From positions 608,001 through 672,000 of the forward strand of contig CAVQYR010000002.1 of the NCBI GenBank assembly GCA_963718235.1: a DNA stretch of 64,000 bases, given 5' to 3'. Source of the stretch: an uncultured Actinomycetota bacterium (GTDB taxonomy: Bacteria > Actinomycetota > Actinomycetes > JAHEKZ01). Shown piece after piece: positions 1 through 10,294 of this stretch. The number at the start of each line of letters is the position of its first letter. The first letter of the stretch is position 1. Both the position numbers and the translations under genes were made by a program. The notes beneath the pieces are model-generated. The model was given only the letters and a program-made list of their open reading frames with translations, was not told where the DNA came from and ran no database searches.

Positions 1-768
1 GGCGGTGCCTTCGGGCTCGCCGTCCAGTACGGGATGCTGGGCTCGTACGGAATCAAGGCCGGACCGACGACGAGTGCGATCGCGATCAACTCGCTGTGGA
101 ACATCCTGGCCACCCTCGCGCTCCCCATGGTCGGGGCGTTGGCGCTGCTGGTCTCCGGCGACCTCACCACCCACGCCGTCGTGGTGGGCCTCCTGAGCCT
201 GCTGGTGATCGCCGTGTCCGGCGTACTCCTGTGGGTCGTCGTGCGCAGCGAGAACGGCGCACGCAAGGTCGGCGAGCTCCTGGACCGGATCGTGTCGTGG
301 GGACTGCACGTCGTCCACCGACCGCGTCAGCTGGACGTCACGACGCAGGTGCTCGACCTCAGGCACCACGTCGAAGGCGTGGTGCGTGCGCACTGGCTGG
401 TCCTGTCGATCAGCAACCTGGCGATGCAGCTCACGTCGTGGTTCGTGCTGTTCGTCGCCCTGCGGGGCATCCAGTCGGAGTCCGGGCCGCCGTACGTCAC
501 CTGGAGCGAGTCGCTGGCCGCGTTCGCGTCGGCCCGCCTGGCCAGCTTCATCCCGGTGACTCCCGGGGGCCTGGGCACGGTCGACGCGGCGCTGACGACC
601 CTGCTGGTGAACTTCGGCGCGACCAACAACCAGGCCTTGGCGGCCGACCTGGTCTGGAGGGCTGGCACCTTCATCCCCCAGGTCGTGCTCGGCGTGCTGA
701 CCTTCCTGTGGTGGCGGGTGACGTCCAAGCGGCGCAGGGCCAGGCTGGCCGCCGAGTCCGCGGGCTGA
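1..768 (+). CDS. Lysylphosphatidylglycerol synthase TM-domain (UPF0104/YbhN-like) membrane protein, 5' truncated by window
   Basis: Frame open from base 1; multiple TM helices; family motif 'FIPVTPGGLGTVDAAL' and 'AADLVWR'. Confidence 0.8.
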   Translation, partial: GGAFGLAVQYGMLGSYGIKAGPTTSAIAINSLWNILATLALPMVGALALLVSGDLTTHAVVVGLLSLLVIAVSGVLLWVVVRSENGARKVGELLDRIVSWGLHVVHRPRQLDVTTQVLDLRHHVEGVVRAHWLVLSISNLAMQLTSWFVLFVALRGIQSESGPPYVTWSESLAAFASARLASFIPVTPGGLGTVDAALTTLLVNFGATNNQALAADLVWRAGTFIPQVVLGVLTFLWWRVTSKRRRARLAAESAG

Positions 769-933
769 GCCGACCAGCGGAGCCGACCGGGCCAACCGCG
801 TCGAGCAGCAGGCCGTGGGACCAAGGGCCCGCTGCAGGCGCGGCGCACCGCGTGCGAGACTCGGTGGACCGGCTCCACCCCCGCCGCCGCTACCGGCCGT
901 CGCAACCCGGCCGCCGACCTCGTGGAGGGCTCC

Positions 934-2217
<1,284 letters not shown>

Positions 2218-2607
2218 TCAGCTGCCGAGCTCGGCATCCAGGGCTGCTCGCTCGGCATCGTTCAGCGGGCGTGAGCGCTTGGTCTGCAGGTCTCGGGCGA
2301 CCAGCACGCACTCGCCTTGTGCGGCAATGGTCCCGTCGCGTTTGAGCACGGTCTCCTTGGTGCGCACGCTCGACGTTCCGTAGCCGACCAGCTCGCTGCG
2401 CACGGTGATCTCGCCGTCGTCCTGAGTGACCTCGTCGCGGAAGTCGATCGCGACCCGAGCGATGACGATGTCGTAGGCGGAGTCGCCGAACAGCTGCACG
2501 CTCAGCTGGTCGCGTGCCTCTTCCAGGTAGTTCAGGTAGACCGCGTTGTTGACGTGCCCATAGGCGTCCATGTCGGCCCAGCGCACCCGGATGCGTACCT
2601 CGACCAT
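2218..2607 (-). CDS. Acyl-CoA thioesterase (4HBT/YbgC hotdog family)
   Basis: 'VRWADMDAYGHVNNAVYLNYLEEAR' signature; TACCGT -10-like box 6 nt upstream of ATG 2607. Confidence 0.9.
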   Translation of the reverse strand: MVEVRIRVRWADMDAYGHVNNAVYLNYLEEARDQLSVQLFGDSAYDIVIARVAIDFRDEVTQDDGEITVRSELVGYGTSSVRTKETVLKRDGTIAAQGECVLVARDLQTKRSRPLNDAERAALDAELGS

Positions 2608-2827
2608 GGCGACACGGTATCGCTGGCGGTGGGGTGGGCCGTGCGGCCCGGCTCGGGCAGCGACGCGACCGGGGCGAGTGGAACCTCCCGGGCGGCTCCG
2701 GTTCCGCTGAGCCAGTGAGTAGGAGAGCTGTCGGACCTGAACCTCCCCCCCCCTGCGCCAACGCGCCGCACCAGCCGCAAGCGACTCGTCCGACTCGGCC
2801 GCAGCGTGAGTGGGTAGCGTCGTCGGC

Positions 2828-4039
2828 ATGCGGCTGCTGCACACGTCCGACTGGCATCTCGGGCGTACCCTGCACAACGAGTCGTTGCTCGACGCCCAGC
2901 GGGGTGCTCTCGGCCAGATCGTCGACCTCGTCGACACCCACGACGTCGACGCGGTGCTCGTCTCCGGCGACGTCTTCGACCGAGCGGTCCCCCCGGTCGA
3001 GGCGGTGACGATGCTGGCCGAGACCCTGCACCAGCTCACCGCGCGCGTGCCCGTGGTGGTGATCTCGGGCAACCACGACTCCGCGGTGCGGCTGGGCTTC
3101 GGTGCTGACCTGTTCGCCCACCCCCTGCACGTGCGTACCCGCGCCGACCAGGTCGGCCGACCGGTCGAGCTCGCCAACGAGCACGGCCCAGTGCTGATCT
3201 ACCCGATCCCCTTCCTCGACCCCGATGCCGCCCGGTACGTCCTGGCTGACGGCGACGAACCACTGGAGCGCAGTCACGACGCGGTGCTCCGGGCGGCCAT
3301 GCGCCGGGTCACGACCGACCTGCAGCAGCGAACGAACGAGTCGGGCGACTCGGTCCGCAGCGTGGTGATGGCTCACGCCTTCGTGGTCGCGGGCCCGTCC
3401 CTCGACGACGAGCAGACCCGCAGTGACAGTGAGCGCGACATCCGGGTCGGTGGCACCGACAGCGTCTCCTCGAGCCTGTTCGCCGGCGTCGACTACGTCG
3501 CTCTGGGGCATCTGCACGCGCCACAGCAGCCGCGGTCGCCTGAGCAGGGCGGACGCAAGAGCATCCTCCGCTACTCGGGATCGCCGTTGCGGTACTCCTT
3601 CTCCGAGGCGACGCACACCAAGTCGGTCACTCTGGTCGATCTCGACTCGTCCGGTGTGACGGCCATCACCGCCGTCCCTCTGGCCCAGCCGCGTGAGATG
3701 GCCGTTCTGGTCGGCGCCTTCGACGACCTGCTCGACCCGGATCGCCATGTCGGTCTGACACAGGCGTGGGCCCAGCTGACCGTCACCGACCCGGCCCGTC
3801 CCGAGCAGATGGTGCCCCGGCTGCGCGAGCGGTTCCCGCATGCCCTCGTCGTGCGGCACCAGCCCGCGTCAGGCCCGCTGCTCACCAGTGGGGGCGGGTC
3901 CGGAGTCGAGGCTCTCGACCCCTTGGAGGTCGTCGAGTCCTTCGTCCAGTACGTGACCGGCGCTGACGCGAGCCCCGACGAACTCAGGGTCTTCGCCTCG
4001 GCCTACGAGTCCGTGAACGCGGCCGAGCGGAGCGCTTGA
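2828..4039 (+). CDS. sbcD: Exonuclease SbcCD subunit D (Mre11-like)
   Basis: MRLLHTSDWHLG, GDVFD, SGNHDS, ALGHLH, RYSGSPLRYSFSE metallophosphoesterase motifs. Confidence 0.95.
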   Translation: MRLLHTSDWHLGRTLHNESLLDAQRGALGQIVDLVDTHDVDAVLVSGDVFDRAVPPVEAVTMLAETLHQLTARVPVVVISGNHDSAVRLGFGADLFAHPLHVRTRADQVGRPVELANEHGPVLIYPIPFLDPDAARYVLADGDEPLERSHDAVLRAAMRRVTTDLQQRTNESGDSVRSVVMAHAFVVAGPSLDDEQTRSDSERDIRVGGTDSVSSSLFAGVDYVALGHLHAPQQPRSPEQGGRKSILRYSGSPLRYSFSEATHTKSVTLVDLDSSGVTAITAVPLAQPREMAVLVGAFDDLLDPDRHVGLTQAWAQLTVTDPARPEQMVPRLRERFPHALVVRHQPASGPLLTSGGGSGVEALDPLEVVESFVQYVTGADASPDELRVFASAYESVNAAERSA

Positions 4040-7035
4040 TGCGGCTCCATCGGCTCACGCTGCGTGCGGTCGGGCCGTTCGCCGGGCAGTACTCCGTCGA
4101 CTTCGACCGACTGGGATCGTCCGGGCTCTTCCTGCTGGAGGGGCCGACCGGGGCCGGCAAGTCGAGCATCATCGACGCCGTCGTCTTCGCGCTGTACGGC
4201 AAGGTCGCCGGGCACGACGCCAGCGACGACCGGATGCACTCCGACTTCGCCGAGCCGAACGTCGAGCCCTTCGTCGAGCTCGACTTCAGCACCTCGTCGG
4301 GGCTCTACCGGGTGCGCCGGACCCCGAAGTACGAGCGACCGAAGGTGCGTGGCACCGGGACCGCCACCCAGAACGCCACGGCCAGGCTGTGGCGGTTGGC
4401 CAGCCCCGACTCCGAGACCGGCGAGCCGCTGACGACCCGGATCGAGGAGACCGCCACCGCCGTCCTCGACGCGGTCGGGCTGAGCCGTGACCAGTTCGTG
4501 CAGACGGTGGTGCTGCCACAGGGTGAGTTCGCGTCGTTCCTGCGTGCGCCGGCCGAGAGCCGGCGCGCCATGCTGCAGCGGCTGTTCGGCACCGAGGTCT
4601 ACGACAAGGTCGTCCGCCGTCTGGAGGAGATGCGCCGGTCGGCCCACGAGGCGCGGCGGGAGTCCGACGTCCGGGTACGGGAGGCGGTGGCCGCATTCGG
4701 CGGAGCGGCGGGGCTGGAGCCCGACGACGCGTCCGCACTGATGGCGAGGGTCGACGACCTGGACGATGCCGACACACAGGTGGCCGCGGGGCGGGCGGTT
4801 ATCGAGCGGCTCGAGGGTGAGTCCACGCTGCTGGCTGAGCTCCGATCCGAGGCGCTTCGCACCGCGCAGCAGCGGGCGACCGAGCTCCACCAGGCGCGTG
4901 ACCGGGAGGAGCGGCGCCAGCGCAAGGAGACGCTCGTGTCCAGGGCCGACGAGCTCGCGACCACACGCGACGCGCAGCAGACGCTGCGCCGGCGCCTCGA
5001 CCTGGCCGAGCGGGCTGAACGGGTCAGGGCGGTGCTCGACGGTCTGCGCAGCTGCGAGCGACGACTCGCCGTGGTGGAGCAGCGCATCGAACGGGCCACC
5101 CGGGTGCTCCCCGAGCACCTCCGTGATGCCGCACCCGCCCGATGGTCGCTCGAGGCGCGCCAGCTGCGAGACGACGCCGCACAGCTCGCCGACCGGGTCG
5201 ACGACGAGGAGTCGCTGCCGCTGCGGCGCCAGGAGACGATCCTGGCCCGGTCGGCCGCAGACGAGCTGCACGAGCTGCTCGCGCAGGCCACGGCGACAGC
5301 AGCTGCACTGCCCGAGCAGGTCGAGCAGCTGCGGCTCCAGCGCGACGAGGTCGTGCGGCGCATCGCCGGCGCCGACTCGGCGACTGCTGGCCTCCGGGTC
5401 GCTGCCGCGCAGCACGCCGCCGCACAACGCGTCGACGACCTGACCGTGTCCCTGACCACTGCAGCGACTCGGGCCGAGCGCGCCGCCGAGAGCGCACGAG
5501 CGGCGCAGGAGCACGAGAACGACCTGCGCCAACGACACATCGCCGGCATGGCTGGGGCACTGGCCGCTGGTCTGGCCAGGGACCAGCCGTGCCCGGTGTG
5601 CGGGTCCTTGGAGCACCCGCGCCCGGCCCGTCGTCAACCGGGCGACGTCGACGCGGCCGAGGTCGACGCCGCGGAGCAGGTGCGGCGAGCATCGCTCGAG
5701 GCGCTCGAGGCGGCGTCCTCGACCGTGGCGCAGCTGCGGGCCGAGCTCGCCTCGGCGAGGGCCGAGTCCGGCGGCCTTGCCGCCGCCGCCGCCGCCGCGG
5801 CGGTCGTGGCAGCCGAACGGAGAGTGGGCGACGTGTCAGCCGCGCAGATCGACCGCGACCGGATCGAGACCGCGCTCGCTGCCCTCGAGGTACGCCGTGC
5901 TGAGCTCGCCGAGGCGTCGGTCTTGCTGACGTCGCAGTCGACGGCCGCGGCCACGAGGGCCTCCGCCCTGGAGGAAGCCCTCGATGTGCTCGAGGGCCTG
6001 CTGCTCGCGGCCCGTGGCCCGCACGAGTCGGTGGCTGCCCGCGTGACCTCGATGCTTCGGGCCGCCGAGCGGCTGGAGGCGGCCGAGGCTGCGGCCCATG
6101 AGCTGCAGGCCGTTCGCGACGAACGAGCCGGGTGGGCCGACAAGCTCGCCCAGGCGTGCCGTGAGCAGGGCTTCGCCGACAGCACAGCCGTCGACGAGGC
6201 GTTGGTCTGCGACGACGAACGCCACGTGTGGGCGTCGGAGGTGGCCCGGTACGACAACGACGTGGCAGCCGTGTCAGCCGCGTTGGCCGACCCGTCGCTG
6301 GGCTCGGTCGACGTCGATGCCGTCATCGACCTGTCACCCCTGGTCGAAGCCGACCTCGCCGCCAGCGATCGTGCCCGGCGAGCCGAGGGCCGGGCAGCGT
6401 CCCTCGAGCAGCGGCTGAGGACGACCCGCGCCGCGTTCGACTCCTGGCGGTCGACCCTGGCCGACCGTTCGAGGCAGCTCACCGACACAGCCACCGTCAT
6501 CCGCACCGCCAACCTGATGGCCGCGGCGACCAGTGACAACGCGCGGGCGATGACGCTGCCGACCTACGTGCTGCTCGAGCGGTTCAGGGCGGTCGTGGCC
6601 GCCGCCAACGAGCGGCTGTCCCAGATGAGCGACGGTCGGTACGCACTCGAGCACAAGGAGGAGCGCGACGCGGGGCGCCGCTCGGGCCTTGGGCTCGTCG
6701 TCCGGGACACCCTCACCGAGCAGTCCCGCGCCCCCGGGACTCTGTCGGGCGGAGAGACCTTCTACTGCTCGTTGGCCCTGGCCCTCGGCCTGGCCGACGT
6801 CGTGACGGCGGAGGCTGGCGGGATCGACCTCGGGACTCTCTTCGTCGACGAGGGGTTCGGCATGCTCGACCCCGACACACTGGAGCAGGTCCTCGGCGTG
6901 CTCGGTGGCCTGCGGTCCGGCGGCCGAGTGGTCGGGATCGTCAGCCACGTTCCCGAGCTGAACGAGCGGATCAGCGAACGGGTCGTGGTCCGCCGCAAGG
7001 CCGACGGCTCGAGCCGGCTGGAGGTCGTCGCGTGA
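4039..7035 (+). CDS. sbcC: Exonuclease SbcCD subunit C (Rad50-like SMC ATPase)
   Basis: Walker A GPTGAGKS, Q-loop LPQGEF, zinc hook CPVCGS, signature LSGGE, Walker B LFVDEGFG, H-loop VSHV; ATG overlaps the sbcD stop. Confidence 0.95.
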   Translation: MRLHRLTLRAVGPFAGQYSVDFDRLGSSGLFLLEGPTGAGKSSIIDAVVFALYGKVAGHDASDDRMHSDFAEPNVEPFVELDFSTSSGLYRVRRTPKYERPKVRGTGTATQNATARLWRLASPDSETGEPLTTRIEETATAVLDAVGLSRDQFVQTVVLPQGEFASFLRAPAESRRAMLQRLFGTEVYDKVVRRLEEMRRSAHEARRESDVRVREAVAAFGGAAGLEPDDASALMARVDDLDDADTQVAAGRAVIERLEGESTLLAELRSEALRTAQQRATELHQARDREERRQRKETLVSRADELATTRDAQQTLRRRLDLAERAERVRAVLDGLRSCERRLAVVEQRIERATRVLPEHLRDAAPARWSLEARQLRDDAAQLADRVDDEESLPLRRQETILARSAADELHELLAQATATAAALPEQVEQLRLQRDEVVRRIAGADSATAGLRVAAAQHAAAQRVDDLTVSLTTAATRAERAAESARAAQEHENDLRQRHIAGMAGALAAGLARDQPCPVCGSLEHPRPARRQPGDVDAAEVDAAEQVRRASLEALEAASSTVAQLRAELASARAESGGLAAAAAAAAVVAAERRVGDVSAAQIDRDRIETALAALEVRRAELAEASVLLTSQSTAAATRASALEEALDVLEGLLLAARGPHESVAARVTSMLRAAERLEAAEAAAHELQAVRDERAGWADKLAQACREQGFADSTAVDEALVCDDERHVWASEVARYDNDVAAVSAALADPSLGSVDVDAVIDLSPLVEADLAASDRARRAEGRAASLEQRLRTTRAAFDSWRSTLADRSRQLTDTATVIRTANLMAAATSDNARAMTLPTYVLLERFRAVVAAANERLSQMSDGRYALEHKEERDAGRRSGLGLVVRDTLTEQSRAPGTLSGGETFYCSLALALGLADVVTAEAGGIDLGTLFVDEGFGMLDPDTLEQVLGVLGGLRSGGRVVGIVSHVPELNERISERVVVRRKADGSSRLEVVA

Positions 7036-7799
7036 GCCGACCGCTCGCCCCACCGCCCACGCTGCGCGCCACCCTCGATGGCCCCGAACGACAGCTGATC
7101 CAGGCGGTCGTCGGTCCGGCCGACGACGACCTGCTCCGTCCGCTGCGTGATGCCCGCGGGCGGGAGTTCCAGCGGCTGGAGTTCCTGGGCGACTCGGTGC
7201 TCGACCTGGTCCTCGCGGTGCACGCGTGCGCCGAGCCCACGTGCCCGTCGTGTCGACGGGTCGACGGGCACGTCACCCGGCTGGTCACCGACGTGCAGCT
7301 CGGTCGCCGGGCGCGGTCCCGGGGGCTCGGCGACTGGCTGGAGTGGCAGGCCTCCGACGAGCGCCTGGCCGACCTGGTCGAGGCATGCGTCGCGGTGGCG
7401 TTCGTGGCCGGTTCGTGGGCGCGGGCCTGTGCCTGCACCGCTTCCCTCGTCCATCCGCTGGGTCCGGCGACGACCCGGACGCTGGAGCAGGGATGGGTCG
7501 GGCCCGACACCCCCACACCGGTCCGCGCAACGGGCTCGGCGCTGCTCGAGCTCGCTGCCGGACAGACCGTCTTCGTGCAGCACCCTGACGCCGACGAAGG
7601 GGAGCTCTCCCGCCGCCGAGCCGAGCTGCACCAGGCGAGCCGGGTCGCCCATCGTGCCCGGCGGCGCCATCTCGTCGATGAGCACGGTGCCGATGCGGGG
7701 GTGAGCGACCGGGTCGAGGTGCTGCTGGCTGACCGCCTACTGAGCGCCGGCGCCGACGCGGCCCTGCAGGACGCGGTATCCGTCCTCGTCGACGAATGA
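7032..7799 (+). CDS. RNase III-domain protein with two tandem RNase III-like domains and no dsRBD
   Basis: Signature QRLEFLGDSVLDL and LADLVEA in the first half; degenerate second copy (ATGSALLEL...HPDADEGELSRRRAEL...VSDRVE). GTGA overlap with the sbcC stop. Confidence 0.75.
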   Translation: MSRPLAPPPTLRATLDGPERQLIQAVVGPADDDLLRPLRDARGREFQRLEFLGDSVLDLVLAVHACAEPTCPSCRRVDGHVTRLVTDVQLGRRARSRGLGDWLEWQASDERLADLVEACVAVAFVAGSWARACACTASLVHPLGPATTRTLEQGWVGPDTPTPVRATGSALLELAAGQTVFVQHPDADEGELSRRRAELHQASRVAHRARRRHLVDEHGADAGVSDRVEVLLADRLLSAGADAALQDAVSVLVDE

Positions 7800-8042
7800 C
7801 AGGGGAGCGACCAGTGACACCGTGCGGCTCGCCGCGTGCCGTTCTGCCGGGCTTCGCGACGACGTGAGCACCGCAGTCAGGGCTGCAGCGACGACCACGC
7901 CGCTCACGAGAGGCACGATGCCGGGGGCGCCGAGAAGGATGAGCAGCAGTCCGGCCGTCACGCCCGACGTGGCACCGACGAGCACACGCGTCGTCACCGG
8001 ACCCGGGGAAGCGGCCGCGGGGAAGTGCGGCTGTCGAGACAT
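7737..8042 (-). CDS. Small hypothetical membrane protein (two hydrophobic segments)
   Basis: 'VTAGLLLILLGAPGIVPLVSGVVVAAALTAVL'; fills an otherwise empty gap; overlaps the convergent gene by 63 nt. Confidence 0.4.
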   Translation of the reverse strand: MSRQPHFPAAASPGPVTTRVLVGATSGVTAGLLLILLGAPGIVPLVSGVVVAAALTAVLTSSRSPAERHAASRTVSLVAPLSFVDEDGYRVLQGRVGAGAQ

Positions 8043-8126
8043 GGAGGACAGCGTGGCCAAGAACGGGCCCTTTCCGACGTTGCGACACGCAGGTGCCCGT
8101 CCCGCGGGACGTGGCAGGCTGGGGTG

Positions 8127-9023
8127 GTGACCGACCTGATGCGGGACTTGGCAGTCGATGACGGGCGCCGCCTCGACGTCCTCGTCGGGGGTGCTGCCAC
8201 CGGGCCGGTGGTCGTGCTGCACCACGGCACCCCGTCGGACGCGACGTGCTGGGCGGACTGGCACGAGGACGCCGTTCGCCGCGGCGTCCGGATCGTCTCG
8301 GTGAGCCGGCCTGGGTACGCCACCTCCACCCGGCTGCCGGGACGCCACGTGGCCCAGGCCGCCGACGACGTCGCCGCTGTGCTCGACGCGCTCGGCGTCG
8401 ACGAGTACGTGACGGCCGGCTGGTCCGGGGGAGGCCCGCACGCGCTCGCGTGCGCAGCGCTGCACGGCGGTCGCTGCCTGGGGGCCGCGACGCTGGCCGG
8501 TGTAGCGCCGTACGGCGTCCCGGGGCTGGACTTCCTCGACGGAATGGGTCCGGAGAACGTCGCCGAGTTCGGGGCGAGCCTGCGGGGTGAGCCGGACCTG
8601 CGGGCCTGGCTCGCCGAGCACGGGGAGCCCTTCCGGCACGTCACCGGTGCCGAGCTGGCCGACGCCTTCGGGGGGCTCGTGCCCGCCATCGACAAGCAGG
8701 TCCTGCAAGGGGGCTACGCCGACCACATGGCGGCCGAGACGCGCCGGGCACTGAGCGGCGGGTTCGACGGCTGGGTCGACGACGACCTCGCCTTCGTCCG
8801 CCCCTGGGGTTTCGACCTGGACCAGGTCACCGTCCCGGTCACGGTCTGGCAGGGCGATCTCGACCTCATGGTCCCCCCGGCGCACGGAGCCTGGCTGGTC
8901 GACCACGTCCCGGGTGCGCAGGCGCGTAGGCCGAGCGGGCACGGACACATCTCGCTGGTCACCGAGCACCGGGGTGAGATCCTGGACTGGCTGCTGGCCC
9001 AGCCGGCGGCGAAGGCGCGCTGA
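8127..9023 (+). CDS. Alpha/beta fold hydrolase
   Basis: HHGTP oxyanion motif, RPGY, nucleophile elbow GWSGGG, WQGDLD, GHGHIS. Start could be 8124, 8127 or 8139. Confidence 0.88.
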   Translation: MTDLMRDLAVDDGRRLDVLVGGAATGPVVVLHHGTPSDATCWADWHEDAVRRGVRIVSVSRPGYATSTRLPGRHVAQAADDVAAVLDALGVDEYVTAGWSGGGPHALACAALHGGRCLGAATLAGVAPYGVPGLDFLDGMGPENVAEFGASLRGEPDLRAWLAEHGEPFRHVTGAELADAFGGLVPAIDKQVLQGGYADHMAAETRRALSGGFDGWVDDDLAFVRPWGFDLDQVTVPVTVWQGDLDLMVPPAHGAWLVDHVPGAQARRPSGHGHISLVTEHRGEILDWLLAQPAAKAR

Positions 9024-9027
9024 GCCG

Positions 9028-9735
9028 GTGAGCGAGCTGGTGTACCCGCCGGTGATGGGGGCGTTGCGCGCGGCGTTCGTCGGGCTCGGGCTGAAGCTGC
9101 AGGTGCACGGCGGCGAGAACGTCCCGCGCGTTGGCGGCGCCGTGCTGGCGAGCAACCACGTGAGCCACCTCGACTTCGTGTTCGTCGGGCTCGGCGGGCG
9201 GCCGTCGAAGCGACTGGTCCGGTTCATGGCCAAGAAGGCGGTGTTCGACCACCCGGTGGCCGGGCCGCTGATGCGCGGCATGAAGCACATCCCGGTCGAC
9301 CGAGAGGCCGGCGCGTCCAGCTACGCCGAGGCGCTGCGGATGCTGCGGGCCGGTGAGGTGATCGGGGTCTTCCCCGAGGCCACCATCAGCCGCAGCTTCC
9401 AGCCCAAGGAGTTCAAGACCGGAGCCGTGCGCCTCGCCAGGGCCACGCGCACGCCGCTGGTCCCCGTGGCCGTGTGGGGCACCCAGCGGTTGTGGACCTA
9501 CGACGAACGGTCCAGCCTGCGGCAGCGCGGGGTGCCGATCGCGGTGTGGGTCGGCGAGCCCGTCGATGCGACCGGCGACCAGCACGAGGCGACCGCTCGG
9601 CTGCGCCACGCGGTGCGTGGTCTGCTCGACCAGGCGCGCGCCGACTACCCCGACGACGGCGCAGGAGCCTGGTGGCAGCCGGCCGACCTCGGTGGTTCCG
9701 CACCCACCCCCGCGACGTTCGGCGACGACGCCTGA
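9028..9735 (+). CDS. 1-acyl-sn-glycerol-3-phosphate acyltransferase (PlsC family)
   Basis: NHVSHLD (HX4D), FMAK, VFPEATIS motifs. Confidence 0.9.
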   Translation: MSELVYPPVMGALRAAFVGLGLKLQVHGGENVPRVGGAVLASNHVSHLDFVFVGLGGRPSKRLVRFMAKKAVFDHPVAGPLMRGMKHIPVDREAGASSYAEALRMLRAGEVIGVFPEATISRSFQPKEFKTGAVRLARATRTPLVPVAVWGTQRLWTYDERSSLRQRGVPIAVWVGEPVDATGDQHEATARLRHAVRGLLDQARADYPDDGAGAWWQPADLGGSAPTPATFGDDA

Positions 9736-9756
9736 CCGGCTCGATCCGGACCAGGG

Positions 9757-10212
9757 TCAGCCGGTACCTGCGGCGGCCTGGTCACCGGCCAGGCAGCGGG
9801 CCCACGCGCCGCGAGTCGGCGCATCGAGCACCTCCGGGCGGGTCAGCAGCCAGCGCAGGAGGTGGTCGCCGGGCAGGAACGCGATGCCGAACTCGGTGGA
9901 CTCGCCGTGGCCGCCGTCGACCGGGAGCACCCCCACGCTGTGCGGCCAGACCCGGTCGTGCGTGGCCACCAGGAGCCGGTCGCTGAGCATCCGGGCGGTC
10001 GAGTGGATCGAGCGGATCCGGTCGTCGGGTGTGCTGGGTGTTTCCGCCACCGGGTGCAGGGCGAACAGCCCCCCTGGGCCGAGAGCGACGCAGTAGTCCT
10101 CGTGCTGCTCGACGAACGGCCAGGCCGACCGGGGCAGCTTGCCGACGACCCAGCTCACCAGGTCGTCTGGCCCGTCGACCCAGCGCCGAACCATGCCGCC
10201 GATCATGATCAC
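9757..10212 (-). CDS. Hypothetical protein, degenerate NERD-like fold
   Basis: 'DYCVALGPGGLFAL' and 'LLRWLLTRPEVL' resemble actinobacterial NERD proteins; the catalytic ExK is missing. Confidence 0.45.
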   Translation of the reverse strand: MIMIGGMVRRWVDGPDDLVSWVVGKLPRSAWPFVEQHEDYCVALGPGGLFALHPVAETPSTPDDRIRSIHSTARMLSDRLLVATHDRVWPHSVGVLPVDGGHGESTEFGIAFLPGDHLLRWLLTRPEVLDAPTRGAWARCLAGDQAAAGTG

Positions 10213-10294
10213 CCCGATGTCTCGTCCGTCGTCCGGTTCATCGGCCGGGTGACGGCGGGACTTCAGTGTTCGGCGCGGGCGTAGGTGCCGTGGG

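Noticed and set aside
2729-2760. TGTCGG upstream of sbcD as a PafBC promoter; nearby ...GCGCCA as a tRNA 3' end
   Set aside because: No TANNNT follows at the 10-nt spacing (a C run does), and there is no T-loop or cloverleaf.
5779-5799. GCC trinucleotide run in sbcC
   Set aside because: It encodes a short poly-Ala tract in the coiled coil, unremarkable in this genome.
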